Source: Candidatus Thorarchaeota archaeon
GTDB taxonomy: Archaea > Asgardarchaeota > Thorarchaeia > Thorarchaeales > Thorarchaeaceae
DNA length: 64,000 nt
NCBI GenBank assembly: GCA_038893995.1
Contig: JAWAQK010000004.1
Coordinates: 5,837 to 69,836 of the forward strand
Reading direction: 5' to 3'
The notes beneath the pieces are model-generated. The model was not told where the DNA came from and searched no databases. It saw only the letters and a list, made by a program, of their open reading frames with translations. Every line of letters begins with the position of its first letter. Position 1 is the stretch's first letter. The translations under genes and the position numbers were made by a program. This document shows positions 48,306-59,114 of this stretch, in pieces.

Positions 48306-49301
48306 ATGAAGATTGCTCTTGTCTTGAACACCAGAAGATCAGACTCTGAGTTCGAGGTGGAGTACGATCCACCTCACACGATTGAGTTGATACGACATGG
48401 GATAGAGGCCACGGGTCATAAGTACGTATTTATCGAGGCGGATGAGGACCTCTATGCCAGACTCAGGCGTGAACGTCCCGACCTGGTCTTCAACCGTGCA
48501 GAGGGTATCAGGGGGGAGAGCAGGGAGTCTCATGTACCTGCGATTCTCGAGATGCTCGGCATACCTTACGTGGGCTCAAATGTCCTGACCACCGCAGTCT
48601 GTCTCAACAAGGCCTGGACCAAGAAGGTCCTCATCTACCATCGGATACGCACACCGGAGTTTCAGCTGGTCCGGAGCGTTCGTGAGTTGGATGTGAAACG
48701 CGTCAGGTATCCCGCCATCCTGAAACCCAACGAGGAGGGGTCCTCGATGGGTGTCAACGAGGATAATGTGGTGCACGACTCTGACCATCTGCAGGCGAAA
48801 CTGAATGAGATGCTGCGCATCTACGATGGCGGCGTGATAATCGAGCAGTTCATTGCCGGGCGCGAGTTCAGTGTAGGCGTTCTAGGCACACCGCCTCACG
48901 ACGCCGAGGTATTGCCGATACTAGAGGTAGACTTCTCCAGGATGCCCCCTGAAGTGGGAAACGTACTCGGGCAGCGCGCTAAGACCGTACTCGACTCATT
49001 AGACCACTATGTCTGTCCCGCAGAGACAGACACGCGGCTGAGGAGACGGATCGAACGTCTGGCACTCGAGATATGTCAGCACCTTGGAGTCGTTGACTTC
49101 TGTAGGATCGACCTCAGGATGAATGACAAGGGTGAGATATACTTCCTCGAGGCGAACCCCCTGCCCGGGATGGACTTCGACATGGAGGAGCGTGACTTCT
49201 CGTTCTTCCCATTCATGGCAATGAAGGCGGGCTATACCTACGATGAACTCATCCGCCGGATCCTGGAGTCCGCATGTCGTCGGTACGGACTAGCGTTATG
49301 A
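48306..49301 (+). CDS. D-alanine--D-alanine ligase-family ATP-grasp enzyme
   Basis: GESRESHVPAILEMLGIPYVGSNVLTTAVCLNKAWTKKVL, PAILKPNEEGSSMGV, IIEQFIAGREFSVGVLG, FCRIDLRMNDKGEIYFLEANPLPGM. ATG 48306 chosen. Confidence 0.8.
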   Translation: MKIALVLNTRRSDSEFEVEYDPPHTIELIRHGIEATGHKYVFIEADEDLYARLRRERPDLVFNRAEGIRGESRESHVPAILEMLGIPYVGSNVLTTAVCLNKAWTKKVLIYHRIRTPEFQLVRSVRELDVKRVRYPAILKPNEEGSSMGVNEDNVVHDSDHLQAKLNEMLRIYDGGVIIEQFIAGREFSVGVLGTPPHDAEVLPILEVDFSRMPPEVGNVLGQRAKTVLDSLDHYVCPAETDTRLRRRIERLALEICQHLGVVDFCRIDLRMNDKGEIYFLEANPLPGMDFDMEERDFSFFPFMAMKAGYTYDELIRRILESACRRYGLAL

Positions 49302-49337
49302 CACTGACAGACGCAGTCGTTCACGAAGTGGTCATCA

Positions 49338-49901
49338 TTGAGGATTCACAACAGTAGTTGCAGTTCATCGCGGGTCTGGTGCGAGCTGGAGCGGTCTCTC
49401 TCCTCACTCCTGGGCCGTCCTGTCCGACTGTGGTTTCCGACAAGGTGGTCCCAGAGAGTACTCGGGTGCTTTCGACAGGCCGACTCGGTATTTCGAGAGT
49501 CACTGAGGTACAGTCAGGAGGAGATCTTGGACCGACTCCATAACGACGATCTGGTCCTCATGTTCGTGATGGCGGGCCGGCAGGTGGAGGGTGTCCTGCT
49601 TGGATACTCGTTCGAGGCGTCAGAGCGGAGGGTCTTCTACCTTGACACAATTGCAGTACGTAGAAGGGGACTGGGACTGGGTACGCGTCTTCTGTGCTCG
49701 CTCATTGAATGGTCGATGATGTCTGGCTTTGAGAGCCTATTGCTCGATACCGAGGATGCTGACGAGAATGGATTTCGGCTTGCTGACTTCTATGGCAGGT
49801 TTGGATTCACGCGCGTCTCAGAGGACGAGCATGGGGATATAACGATGGAGCTTGACCTGAGAAGCAAAGGTCTCCCTCCCCGGTGCCGGGGTGATGGGTG
49901 A
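49338..49901 (+). CDS. GNAT-family N-acetyltransferase
   Basis: Acetyl-CoA motif IAVRRRGLGLGTRLL, then a YGRFGF C-terminal motif. Confidence 0.62.
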   Translation: MRIHNSSCSSSRVWCELERSLSSLLGRPVRLWFPTRWSQRVLGCFRQADSVFRESLRYSQEEILDRLHNDDLVLMFVMAGRQVEGVLLGYSFEASERRVFYLDTIAVRRRGLGLGTRLLCSLIEWSMMSGFESLLLDTEDADENGFRLADFYGRFGFTRVSEDEHGDITMELDLRSKGLPPRCRGDG

Positions 49902-49922
49902 TCTAGTGCGGGTCAGCCCATG

Positions 49923-50927
49923 TTACGAGAAGTCTCTGCCAGTCAGAATAGCGACGAACCGTCCCTTGACGGTGACCTTGTTGTCTGTCAGGGCAGACAG
50001 TACAGCAAGCGTACTTGCAGAGGCTGGAAGGACATTCAGCCCCTCTTCTTCTCGAAGAAGCCTCGCAAATTCAATCATCTTTGTATCCGACGCGTAATCG
50101 GCAAACCCATCTGACTCGTAGATAGCATCCAGCGCCTCTTGTCCATCAAACGAGTGCCAGTTGGTGAGAGGCTCGTTTACCTTGCTCTCCTTGATCTCGT
50201 CCCTCGACAGGTCAATGAGCGTTCTGCTCTTGAGCAGATATGACTTCACGATGGGATTTCCTCTCCTCGTGCTAGTCGCCACCATACGCGGAATCTCCGA
50301 TATCTTGCCGGACTCGTAGAGCCTCTTGAAGCCTGTGAAGATGCCCGCAAATGTGGTCCCATTGCCGACAGGACAGAATACGTAGTCTGGGGCCCGCCTC
50401 AGATCTCTAAAGATCTCGTATGCTATCTCAGCATACTCGTTGATCGACAGTTGTTTGACACCGTCCACCCCAGGATTCGCGTTGAACCATCCCTTGTCCT
50501 CGCATATCTCAGAGGAGAGCTTGACCAGGTCCTCGTATTGACCCTCCTCATAATGGATTATGGCCGACCCCTCGATCATCCTCCTCAGTCGGTCCCTAGG
50601 CACATGATACCCCTTGGGAATGAAGATATGTGCCTCGAGCTCCCACAACTTGGCCGCATATGCAAGTGCAGCACCGAAATTACCGCAGGTCGCGGATGCT
50701 ATGGCCTTGAATCTGTTGTTCCAGGCCATCTCTGCAATTGCAAGAGCGATCCGGTCCTTCTGTGTTCCCGTAGGATTGCCGAGCTCGCACTTGAGGTAGA
50801 GCTTCTCGACCCCTGCGCAGCGGGCCACATTTCGTGCATCCACCAACAACGAGGACCCGGCTACGTCCTTGAATCTCGCCTTGGGAGGTTCTCGTCTCAA
50901 TCGTGTGCCGTTATGGTCACTTGTCAT
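49923..50927 (-). CDS. PLP-dependent fold-type-II enzyme (Thr synthase / Cys synthase / deaminase superfamily)
   Basis: LYLKCELGNPTGTQKDRIA (Schiff-base Lys) and CPVGNGTTFAG glycine loop. Confidence 0.72.
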   Translation of the reverse strand: MTSDHNGTRLRREPPKARFKDVAGSSLLVDARNVARCAGVEKLYLKCELGNPTGTQKDRIALAIAEMAWNNRFKAIASATCGNFGAALAYAAKLWELEAHIFIPKGYHVPRDRLRRMIEGSAIIHYEEGQYEDLVKLSSEICEDKGWFNANPGVDGVKQLSINEYAEIAYEIFRDLRRAPDYVFCPVGNGTTFAGIFTGFKRLYESGKISEIPRMVATSTRRGNPIVKSYLLKSRTLIDLSRDEIKESKVNEPLTNWHSFDGQEALDAIYESDGFADYASDTKMIEFARLLREEEGLNVLPASASTLAVLSALTDNKVTVKGRFVAILTGRDFS

Positions 50928-51065
50928 TTCTTGGTGTTCACTTCTTCCCAGACCCTCAACTCACCAGGGGTCTCATCGACGATCGAGGACTTCATTCAGT
51001 CCGTGATTATAAGCTTATTCTATGCTACACAGCACTCGTCCAGGCCCTTGGGGACATTCCTTCGG

Positions 51066-52388
51066 CTAGCCTAGGGAGCAACCATTGTCGGATGAGTGGC
51101 TCGTCCTGCTGAGTCTCAGGGCTCTTGCAGAGCACTCGGCAGCTCTGACAGTATCTCCGATTTCCTCAAACAGTCTTGCGGCTACCTCCCAGGTACGCCG
51201 TGCCTCGTCATCTCTGTGAAGTCGCTCGAGCACTAGGGCTCTCCTGTAGAGAGGTTCTGGATTGTCAGGTGCAATTGCAAACGCATCGCTGAAGTCAGAC
51301 GCAGCCTCTTCAAGTCTGCCCGATATCTCATGCACGATCCCTCGGCCGTAGGCAGCCTCCCAGTTGCGGGGCTGAAGACTCCGCGCCGTGTGATAACACT
51401 CCAGGGCTGTGCCCATGTCGCCCTCCAGAGCCAGCACCTGTGCCGTCTTCACCCACGCCTCGACATTGTCTGGGTCTGAGTTGAGCACTTTCTCGTACGC
51501 CGACGCTGCCTTATCATAGGCCTTCAGCATCCGGTGTGCATCACCTTTTCTCATCCAGATGGTCAGATCGTCTCTTTTGATACTGACTGCTCGTTCATAG
51601 AGCTCTACGGCCTTCTCATACTCCCGCTGGGCCAGATAGGTATTGGCAAGTTCGGCCAGCAAGTAGGGGTCATTGGGACTGATAGAGACTCCATCTGTCA
51701 GGATATCTCTTGCCATGTCTGATCTGCCCTGCTGAAGATAGAGCCTACCGAGCTCAAGGTAGGCCGGACCATAGTCAGTCTTGGACCATATTGCTTTCCG
51801 GAGCCAAGTAGTGGCCTGCTCGAGCCTGCCCATTCGCGCCATCAGGACTCCCCGGAGGTAGTAGACCATGAAATTCTCAGGATCTATCTCTGCCGCTATG
51901 TTCAGATGACCCTCACAGAGGGACAGCTCGCCGGTCGCAAGGTACAGACGCGCCAGAGCTATATGCACAGAGTAATCGTCGGGATCCAGTTCAAGTGCAC
52001 TTCTGAATGATGATCGCGCCCCATCAAGTCGGCCCTCACTGTAATACGCCCACCCCATGTTCAGCCAGGCAGTACTCATCTTTGGATCTATCTCGACGGT
52101 CTTACGGTAGAGTGCGATGGCCCTGTCGTAGTCGCTCTCCAAGAAACGGAGATTTGCAAGCCTGTACAGGAGTGTCGAAAGACGGGGGTCACTCTTGAGT
52201 GACTCAAACTCTTGCTCGATCCTAGACTCCAACTCATCTATGTCTTTCTTGACCTCCGGGCGGGTGATCAGACGATGTACAGTTTCGGGGGATATCTCCA
52301 GGTCGATCCCGATCTTGTTGAGGTCCATCATCATCGTTGTCAATAGGTCGGGCGTATTCCAGTCACCCTCCTTCTTGCGGACTAGCAT
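51066..52388 (-). CDS. Tetratricopeptide repeat protein
   Basis: About 9-10 consecutive 34-aa TPR units (W..G.AY...G....A...F..AL..DP). No TM or signal sequence. Confidence 0.85.
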   Translation of the reverse strand: MLVRKKEGDWNTPDLLTTMMMDLNKIGIDLEISPETVHRLITRPEVKKDIDELESRIEQEFESLKSDPRLSTLLYRLANLRFLESDYDRAIALYRKTVEIDPKMSTAWLNMGWAYYSEGRLDGARSSFRSALELDPDDYSVHIALARLYLATGELSLCEGHLNIAAEIDPENFMVYYLRGVLMARMGRLEQATTWLRKAIWSKTDYGPAYLELGRLYLQQGRSDMARDILTDGVSISPNDPYLLAELANTYLAQREYEKAVELYERAVSIKRDDLTIWMRKGDAHRMLKAYDKAASAYEKVLNSDPDNVEAWVKTAQVLALEGDMGTALECYHTARSLQPRNWEAAYGRGIVHEISGRLEEAASDFSDAFAIAPDNPEPLYRRALVLERLHRDDEARRTWEVAARLFEEIGDTVRAAECSARALRLSRTSHSSDNGCSLG

Positions 52389-52445
52389 TCGATATCTTAT
52401 GAATGTTCACACCCTGCAGAGTCCCCCACACAGATCGTAGGCGCA

Positions 52446-55400
52446 TCATGTGACGACTTGGACCGGTCTGAGACTGGAAACTCTGTGTTCTCCTTCACCA
52501 GTGTCATACTCGATTATCCCGACCAGTTCTCCTGTTGAGCCGGGTTCCAGCTCGAATGCAATCTCTGCGACGACGGACGTGCCCGGCTCAACTGTTCCGA
52601 TCGTCTTGCTGACTATTGACTCTGTCAGACTGGGAATCGCCAGAGTCACCTGCGCATTGTTCATGGCGACACTCGACTGATTTCTCACGACGATACCGAA
52701 TATTGTTCGGCCCTCTCGAATCTTGTAGTCCACAACGACATCCATGCCTGGTTCGAGACCCGGACTCATCGGCTCGCTCATGGTGAGATGCTCCTTCTTG
52801 GCCCTCCTGCCTCTCGTACTTCTGGCGACTGCACCGAGTAGTGCTCCGATGGCGATCAGGACTGTCAGGTGCAGTCCCCAGTGGACCTTGGGATCAGGGT
52901 CGAGCGCATCAATGAGCCCATCCCTATCCGAGTCGGGACTCAGAGGGTCGGTACCATATAGGACTACCTCCTCGTAGTCCGTCCAGCCGTCCCCATCCGT
53001 GTCAGGAGTCAGAGGGTCAGTACCATGACGATGCTCCAGTCCGTCCGATAGTCCATCCTGGTCGGTATCGCTGTTCGTCGGATCCGTCCCAAGGACAACG
53101 ACCTCAAAGTAGTCGCTCAGAGTATCATTGTCTGTGTCTATTCTCCTGGGGTCGGTACCCCGTGAGGCCTCATCATAGTCGCTCAGACCGTCTCCATCAG
53201 TGTCGAACCTCAGAGGACTCGATCCATAGACATAGACCTCATCGTAGTCAGTGAGGAGGTCTCCGTCAGTGTCCGAGTCAGCAGGATCTGTGCCCAGGTC
53301 GACCTCCTCCGGGTCTGAGAGCCCGTCAGCATCGGTATCCCACAGAAGCGGTGAACAGCCATATCGATGGACCTCATGTCCATCCAGCAGTGAGTCCTCA
53401 TCGGTGTCAGGGTCAAGAGGGTCTGTGCCCGCCTGCACCTCGTCTCCATCGTTCAGATCATCATCGTCCGAGTCCGGATCTAACGGATGAGTATGATGCA
53501 CCCGGAGTTCATTGAGGTTACTCAACCCGTCATAGTCCGAATCCCAGTCCGAATCGAGGATTCCGGGATGAGTCATATTCGTCAGTGGGCTGGTGTTGGT
53601 CAGAAACACCTCCTCATAGTCAGTCAGCTGGTCGTCGTCCGTATCGGTCTTGACAGGATTCGTGCGGTAGTTGTTCACTTCACTGCCATCATTCAGTCCG
53701 TCCTTGTCAGTATCGATGGCAAGCGGGTCTGAACCATGTATCTTGACCTCATCGTAGTCGGACAGACCATCCATGTCCGTATCTCTATTGATCGGGTCTG
53801 TGTGATAGATCTTGACCTCCTCTCCATTCTTCAGACCATCTCCATCCTCGTCGTCCAGAAAGTCCATTATGCCATCTCCGTCCGTGTCTCTGAGTCTCGG
53901 ATTGGTCCTGGTCAGCACACATTCCTCATAGTTCGTTAGAAGATCGAGGTCTCCGTCCTCATCGCCATCAAGCACACCATCATTGTCCGTATCCGCCACT
54001 GATGGGTCTGTGAGTGTGAGTGTCAACTCCTGAAGGTTTGTGAGACCGTCGAGATCCTTGTCCCAGTCTGCGTCAGACGTGCCATCCCCCTTTGTGCTGT
54101 ACAACAGGGGATTCGTGAGTGTCTGAGTGACCTCCTGATAGTCGGTCAGTCCATCGCCATCGGTGTCACGACGCAATGGATTCGTAGCATGAATCTGGAC
54201 CTCTTGATAGTCAGTCAGCCCATCTCCATCGGTGTCCCGCTTGTTCGGATCTGTGTTATGGAGATAGACCTCATGATAATCAGACAGTCCGTCGCCATCA
54301 GTGTCCGGATTCAACGGATCCGTGTTGAAGACCTTGATCTCGTCGTAGTCAGAGAGTCCGTCGCCGTCTGAGTCCGGAGTGTTTGGCAACGTGTGGTATA
54401 GACGGACCTCGTCGCCATCGCTGAGCCCGTCTCTATCCGAGTCTTTCTGTCTCGGGTTGGATGAGTATACCCTTGTCTCGTCAAAATCAGTCAGTCCGTC
54501 CTCATCTGTGTCTCTCGAGAGAGGGTTGGTGTTGTAGACATTGACCTCATCAAAGTCAGAGAGGCCATCCCCATCCGTGTCGTAGAGTGTGCAGTTTGTA
54601 TTGAACAAGTAGATCTCTTCGAAGTTCGAGAGTCCATCTGCGTCATTGTCATCAAGAAAATCGATGATGCCATCTCCGTCAGTATCTGGGTTGAGGGGGT
54701 CTGTGTGCGCGTTCAGGATTTCGTCGCTATCAGTCAGTCTGTCGCCGTCGGTGTCTGAACTTGTCGGCATTGTCCCATATAGCCTGACTTCGTCAGCGTC
54801 GTTGAGGCCGTCACCGTCAGTGTCCGCAAGGAACGGATCTGTACTCCACCGGACCTCCTCACCATCAGTCAGACCATCATCGTCTGAGTCTTCGTCGAGA
54901 GGATCAGTATGATAGACATACACTTCGTCATAGTCCGATAGTCCGTCACCATCTGTGTCGTTGTTCCTAGGGTCTGTTCCAATCCGGACCTCATACCAGT
55001 CATCCAACAGGTCTTGATCGCTGTCCTTCCTACTTGGGTCCGAATTGTGTATGTGCACCTCGTCACCATCGGAGATACGGTCTCCGTCCGAGTCCCAGTT
55101 TGTCGGGTCTGTGTCCCAGATGTACACCTCTTCGTAGTCTGACAGACCATCATAGTCAGAGTCCGCCACTCTTGGACTAGTGTGATATACGTGGAACTCT
55201 AGGTAGTCGCTCAGACCATCGTCGTCCGTGTCCTTGTCGGTTGGGAGAGAACCAACGATGTGTATCTCCAGTCCGTCCGGTAGGCCATCCCCGTCAGTGT
55301 CACTTGACAGGGGGTCTGAGCCCCATCCGTATATCTCCAAACCATTAGCGACCCCGTCCCCGTCACTGTCAAGGTAGAAGTCTGATGTCCCATTCCCATA

Positions 55401-58400
55401 TGTACTCCACAGGGTAGCATTGGTCCCGAGGACCATGATCTCCCAGTAGTCTGAGAGTCCATCACCATCGGTGTCCTGTCTGGTCGGGTCCGATCCATAT
55501 TCGACCTCCGCTAGATCATAGACCCCATCTGCATCGGTATCGGCCCTGAGCGGATCGGTCTGGTACTGCATCACCTCAAGGCCATCCGAGAGTCCATCGT
55601 CGTCAGTGTCACTGTCTTCCGGAGACGTACCGTACACGTCAATCTCCTGACCATTACTCAGAGAGTCGCCGTCGGAGTCGTAGTCGTAATCGGAAACTCC
55701 ATGAGTCATTGGATTGTTTGGATCAGTTGAGGTGTACGTGACCTCTACGAAGTCTGTCAGTCCGTCCCCATCGGTGTCCCGCTTGTTCGGATCTGTGTTA
55801 TGGACATAGACCTCCTGATAGTCAGACAGTCCGTCGCCGTCTGTGTCTGGTTTGAGCGGACTTGTGTGATGTGCATTGACTTCTGCACCGTCGCTCAGAC
55901 CGTCTCCATCAGTGTCGGCGTTGAGTGGATCCGTCTTGTAGGTATTGACCTCTCCCCCATCATTGAGGCCATCTCCGTCGGTGTCAGGTCTCAGCGGATC
56001 AAGTCCTGCAAGTATCTCGAACCGGTCAGTCAGTGAGTCGCCATCAGTGTCTGCAAGGAGGGGGTCGGTATTATAGATGCGTATTTCATTCAGGTTCGAC
56101 AACCCGTCGTGGTCTTCATCGTCCTCTGCGTCGCCTATCCCATCTTGGTCTGAGTCTCTTCTGAGTGGATTGGTTCCAGTCTTCAAGACCTCCTCTCCAT
56201 CTGTAAGCCCATCACCGTCAGTGTCCCGGCTCAACGGATCCGTACCGGCGAGGTATTCTGCCAGATTTGATAGACTATCAGAGTCCGGATCTTCAAACGC
56301 GTCTGATATTCCATCGTCATCGGTGTCGTCGTACAGTGGGTCCGTGCCGGTCATGATGACTTCGAACCAGTTGACGAGGCCATCTGAATCAGAATCATAC
56401 ATGTCGTCACGTGGTTGACCAGTCCCATGCGAGTATGGAATGAGCGGGTCCGTCTTTGTGACGTATAATTCAATACCATTAGTCAAGCGGTCCTCGTCAA
56501 AGTCTTCATCGTAATCATTGATGGAGTCATCGTCGCTGTCAGGATCGAGAGGGTCTGTCATGAGTACAAGGACCTCATGGCCGTCCAGAATCCCATCCTC
56601 GTCTGTGTCGGGTCTTCTCGGATGCGTGTTGTATGTCGCGAATTCCTCGTAGTTGGTGAGTAGGTCCAGGTCGTGATCTTCATAGTCATCTCTTACCGAA
56701 TCTAGGTCGGTGTCCTGAAGGAGTGGGCTGGTCAGCGTGAAGTATATCTCGTATCCGTTAGGGAGTCTGTCCCCATCGTAGTCCCAGTCGTAGTCATTTA
56801 CTGTGCTGCTGAAGGTGTGAGCGTTGGTCGCATTGAAGACCGGATACAGGTTCACTTCTTGTTTGTCGCCTATACGGTCGCCGTCGGTGTCCCACAAGAG
56901 GGGGCTCGTATGGTAGATGTTCACCTCGGTTCCATCGTCAAGGCCGTCATTATCGGTGTCAGCCCTTGTTGGGTTCGTGTGCCATACCATGACCTCATCG
57001 TAGTCTGACAGTGAGTCCAGGTCTGTGTCTCTGACAAGAGGACTGGAACCCCATGTCTTGACCTCTGCTCCATCAGAGAGCCCATCATCATCCGTATCGT
57101 TATCGAGTGGATCTGTCCTGTATGTGAATATCTCTTCGTAGTCACTCAGTCCGTCATCATCTGTGTCTGCATCCAGAGGATCCGTCAAGTAGTAGACATG
57201 CTCTTGGTAGTCACCGAGTCCGTCATCGTCTGAGTCGCTGTCTGTTGGTGAACTGTGGACGATCATGACTTCCTCATAATCATTGAGACCATCACCATCT
57301 GTATCACGCAGAAGTGGGCTCGTCTTGTAGGTCTTGACCTCGTCACCATCTAGTAGTCCATCTCCGTCCGTATCGGGATTCAGTGGATCTGTTCCTATAG
57401 CAATCTCCTTCCAGTTGGACAGATTGTCACTGTCCTCGTCGTCGTAGTAGTCCGACACTCCATCATTGTCCGTATCGACACTGTTTGGATCTGTCCTTGT
57501 GAGCCTGACCTCCTGAATGTTGGTGAGGCCCTCGCCATCGTTATCATCTGCATCGTCACTGAGCCCGTCGCCGTCGCTGTCTGGATCAGTCGCGAGGGTC
57601 ATGGTGACATTGTTCTCCTCGTAGTCAGTTAGTCTGTCACCGTCAGTGTCAATCGAGTTCGGATTTGTACCGAGATAGACCTCCTGCCAATCTGTGAGTA
57701 GGTCGCCGTCCGAGTCGACCATGTTGGGATCAGTGTGATAGACTATCACCTCGCTGAAATCATCCAGTCTGTCGCCGTCGGTATCCAGTAGCAAGGGGTC
57801 TGTGTTGTACTCCAGATACTCCTGTCCATCACTCAGTCTGTCACCATCGGTGTCCCAGACATCCCAGAGGGTGCCAACTATCAGGTTCTCAGCTGCATCG
57901 GCCAGCCCATCCCTGTCATAGTCTCTACCGTAGACATCCATCTTGGATGCGCCACGTGCAAGGGCAATCTCAGACCCAAGTACTGAGTCGATGTTGCCCG
58001 TCGACAGTACTCCTTGAAAGCCCTGAATCGTGAGCTCGGAGACGAACCCTCCCGTCGAATTGAGTACGGTGATGCGATCCTGTGTCGAGACTAGAACTTG
58101 GTCTGAGCCCATGTTTCCAATGTCAGCAACATCGAATCTAAGGACAGATGCAGTCGCATTCGAACTCCAGAGAGAACTCCCTGTCCCCGCATAGACCCCG
58201 ACTAGTCCTGCACTGGTCCCAACTACCAACTCATTCTTTCCCCCAGCGACGACGTCTACCGCCACGAGTGCTGTCACTCTGTCACTGAGAGTGAGCGAAT
58301 ATGCAACGGTCCCGTTGCTGTGTGCAACTCTGACTGTCCTGTCACCGTCTACATAGATGGCCTCCTGAGCAGGGGTTCCTAGTAGATCGCCCGAGGCTAT

Positions 58401-59114
58401 TGCGCTCGTTCCGGAGGACAGGCTCTTCTCAAACAACACGGTCCCGTTGTTGTCGAGCAGGAGTAGTTTACCTGTGGACGATGATACGAGGATCTCTGCC
58501 TGACTGTCCACGTCGAAGTTCCCTGTGACCACTCTCAGTATGCGGCCTGATGTAGACACATTCCAGCTCTGTATTCCGTTCGCTTTGAACGCATATATGA
58601 CTCCAAGATCCGACCCTACGACTATCTCGTCTAGTACGTCAGCATCTATGTTGGCTACGGCAAGTGATGACACGCCGCCAAAGATCGGAATGCTCGTCAG
58701 AAGACTCCTGTTGGCACCAATGACAGCGATGCCGCTAGAGGTCGCAACACATATCTCTCTTGGTCCCGTGGAGTCGGCGCTGAGTCCAGCGAGTGCAACA
58801 GGCACTGCTCCTAGTCCATATCCCCAGATCAGCTGTCCGGTCTCTGAATAGTGAAGCAGCTGACTCATGGATGTCGCTGCCACGACCTCGAGATTGGAGT
58901 CGTAGTCAAAGTTGTCTAGTACTACAGCGACCGTCTGTGAGGCTGTGTTGGTGGTCCATACAAGTGCCGTTGCGAACGTCGGAATGTCGCTGACGTACAT
59001 ACAGTCCTCAACAGTCGTGATGTCCGTTACACTGTCTGGCATGACAGCCCCAGCGTGACTCATGATGATGAGTGCAATGAACAGAAGCAGAACAGTGCCA
59101 TACAGATTTCTCAT
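52446..59114 (-). CDS. Giant (2,222 aa) secreted, C-terminally anchored protein: signal peptide, FG-GAP/VCBS-like beta-propeller, about 75 thrombospondin-type-3-like Ca-binding repeats, one TM helix, 123-aa cytoplasmic beta-rich domain
   Basis: Start taken at [24 protein letters not shown] (ATG 59114, forming ATGA with the upstream stop). Propeller blades such as [22 protein letters not shown]. Repeated [13 protein letters not shown] units. [19 protein letters not shown] followed by [10 protein letters not shown]. Confidence 0.85.
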   Translation of the reverse strand: MRNLYGTVLLLFIALIIMSHAGAVMPDSVTDITTVEDCMYVSDIPTFATALVWTTNTASQTVAVVLDNFDYDSNLEVVAATSMSQLLHYSETGQLIWGYGLGAVPVALAGLSADSTGPREICVATSSGIAVIGANRSLLTSIPIFGGVSSLAVANIDADVLDEIVVGSDLGVIYAFKANGIQSWNVSTSGRILRVVTGNFDVDSQAEILVSSSTGKLLLLDNNGTVLFEKSLSSGTSAIASGDLLGTPAQEAIYVDGDRTVRVAHSNGTVAYSLTLSDRVTALVAVDVVAGGKNELVVGTSAGLVGVYAGTGSSLWSSNATASVLRFDVADIGNMGSDQVLVSTQDRITVLNSTGGFVSELTIQGFQGVLSTGNIDSVLGSEIALARGASKMDVYGRDYDRDGLADAAENLIVGTLWDVWDTDGDRLSDGQEYLEYNTDPLLLDTDGDRLDDFSEVIVYHTDPNMVDSDGDLLTDWQEVYLGTNPNSIDTDGDRLTDYEENNVTMTLATDPDSDGDGLSDDADDNDGEGLTNIQEVRLTRTDPNSVDTDNDGVSDYYDDEDSDNLSNWKEIAIGTDPLNPDTDGDGLLDGDEVKTYKTSPLLRDTDGDGLNDYEEVMIVHSSPTDSDSDDDGLGDYQEHVYYLTDPLDADTDDDGLSDYEEIFTYRTDPLDNDTDDDGLSDGAEVKTWGSSPLVRDTDLDSLSDYDEVMVWHTNPTRADTDNDGLDDGTEVNIYHTSPLLWDTDGDRIGDKQEVNLYPVFNATNAHTFSSTVNDYDWDYDGDRLPNGYEIYFTLTSPLLQDTDLDSVRDDYEDHDLDLLTNYEEFATYNTHPRRPDTDEDGILDGHEVLVLMTDPLDPDSDDDSINDYDEDFDEDRLTNGIELYVTKTDPLIPYSHGTGQPRDDMYDSDSDGLVNWFEVIMTGTDPLYDDTDDDGISDAFEDPDSDSLSNLAEYLAGTDPLSRDTDGDGLTDGEEVLKTGTNPLRRDSDQDGIGDAEDDEDHDGLSNLNEIRIYNTDPLLADTDGDSLTDRFEILAGLDPLRPDTDGDGLNDGGEVNTYKTDPLNADTDGDGLSDGAEVNAHHTSPLKPDTDGDGLSDYQEVYVHNTDPNKRDTDGDGLTDFVEVTYTSTDPNNPMTHGVSDYDYDSDGDSLSNGQEIDVYGTSPEDSDTDDDGLSDGLEVMQYQTDPLRADTDADGVYDLAEVEYGSDPTRQDTDGDGLSDYWEIMVLGTNATLWSTYGNGTSDFYLDSDGDGVANGLEIYGWGSDPLSSDTDGDGLPDGLEIHIVGSLPTDKDTDDDGLSDYLEFHVYHTSPRVADSDYDGLSDYEEVYIWDTDPTNWDSDGDRISDGDEVHIHNSDPSRKDSDQDLLDDWYEVRIGTDPRNNDTDGDGLSDYDEVYVYHTDPLDEDSDDDGLTDGEEVRWSTDPFLADTDGDGLNDADEVRLYGTMPTSSDTDGDRLTDSDEILNAHTDPLNPDTDGDGIIDFLDDNDADGLSNFEEIYLFNTNCTLYDTDGDGLSDFDEVNVYNTNPLSRDTDEDGLTDFDETRVYSSNPRQKDSDRDGLSDGDEVRLYHTLPNTPDSDGDGLSDYDEIKVFNTDPLNPDTDGDGLSDYHEVYLHNTDPNKRDTDGDGLTDYQEVQIHATNPLRRDTDGDGLTDYQEVTQTLTNPLLYSTKGDGTSDADWDKDLDGLTNLQELTLTLTDPSVADTDNDGVLDGDEDGDLDLLTNYEECVLTRTNPRLRDTDGDGIMDFLDDEDGDGLKNGEEVKIYHTDPINRDTDMDGLSDYDEVKIHGSDPLAIDTDKDGLNDGSEVNNYRTNPVKTDTDDDQLTDYEEVFLTNTSPLTNMTHPGILDSDWDSDYDGLSNLNELRVHHTHPLDPDSDDDDLNDGDEVQAGTDPLDPDTDEDSLLDGHEVHRYGCSPLLWDTDADGLSDPEEVDLGTDPADSDTDGDLLTDYDEVYVYGSSPLRFDTDGDGLSDYDEASRGTDPRRIDTDNDTLSDYFEVVVLGTDPTNSDTDQDGLSDGLEHRHGTDPLTPDTDGDGWTDYEEVVLYGTDPLSPDSDRDGLIDALDPDPKVHWGLHLTVLIAIGALLGAVARSTRGRRAKKEHLTMSEPMSPGLEPGMDVVVDYKIREGRTIFGIVVRNQSSVAMNNAQVTLAIPSLTESIVSKTIGTVEPGTSVVAEIAFELEPGSTGELVGIIEYDTGEGEHRVSSLRPVQVVT
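52902..57923 (-). repeat. Tandem array of DxDxDG calcium-loop (TSP type 3-like) coding repeats, about 22 aa / 66-69 nt period
   Basis: My manual count gives about 75 loops between residues 409 and about 2082 of the track ORF. Consensus T(D/N)[20 protein letters not shown]. Confidence 0.85.

Noticed and set aside
52902-57923. Possible CRISPR or satellite array because of the strong 66-69-nt periodicity
   Set aside because: The periodicity is in-frame coding (DxDxDG repeats) within one 6.7-kb ORF. There are no identical direct repeats separated by unique spacers and no cas genes.
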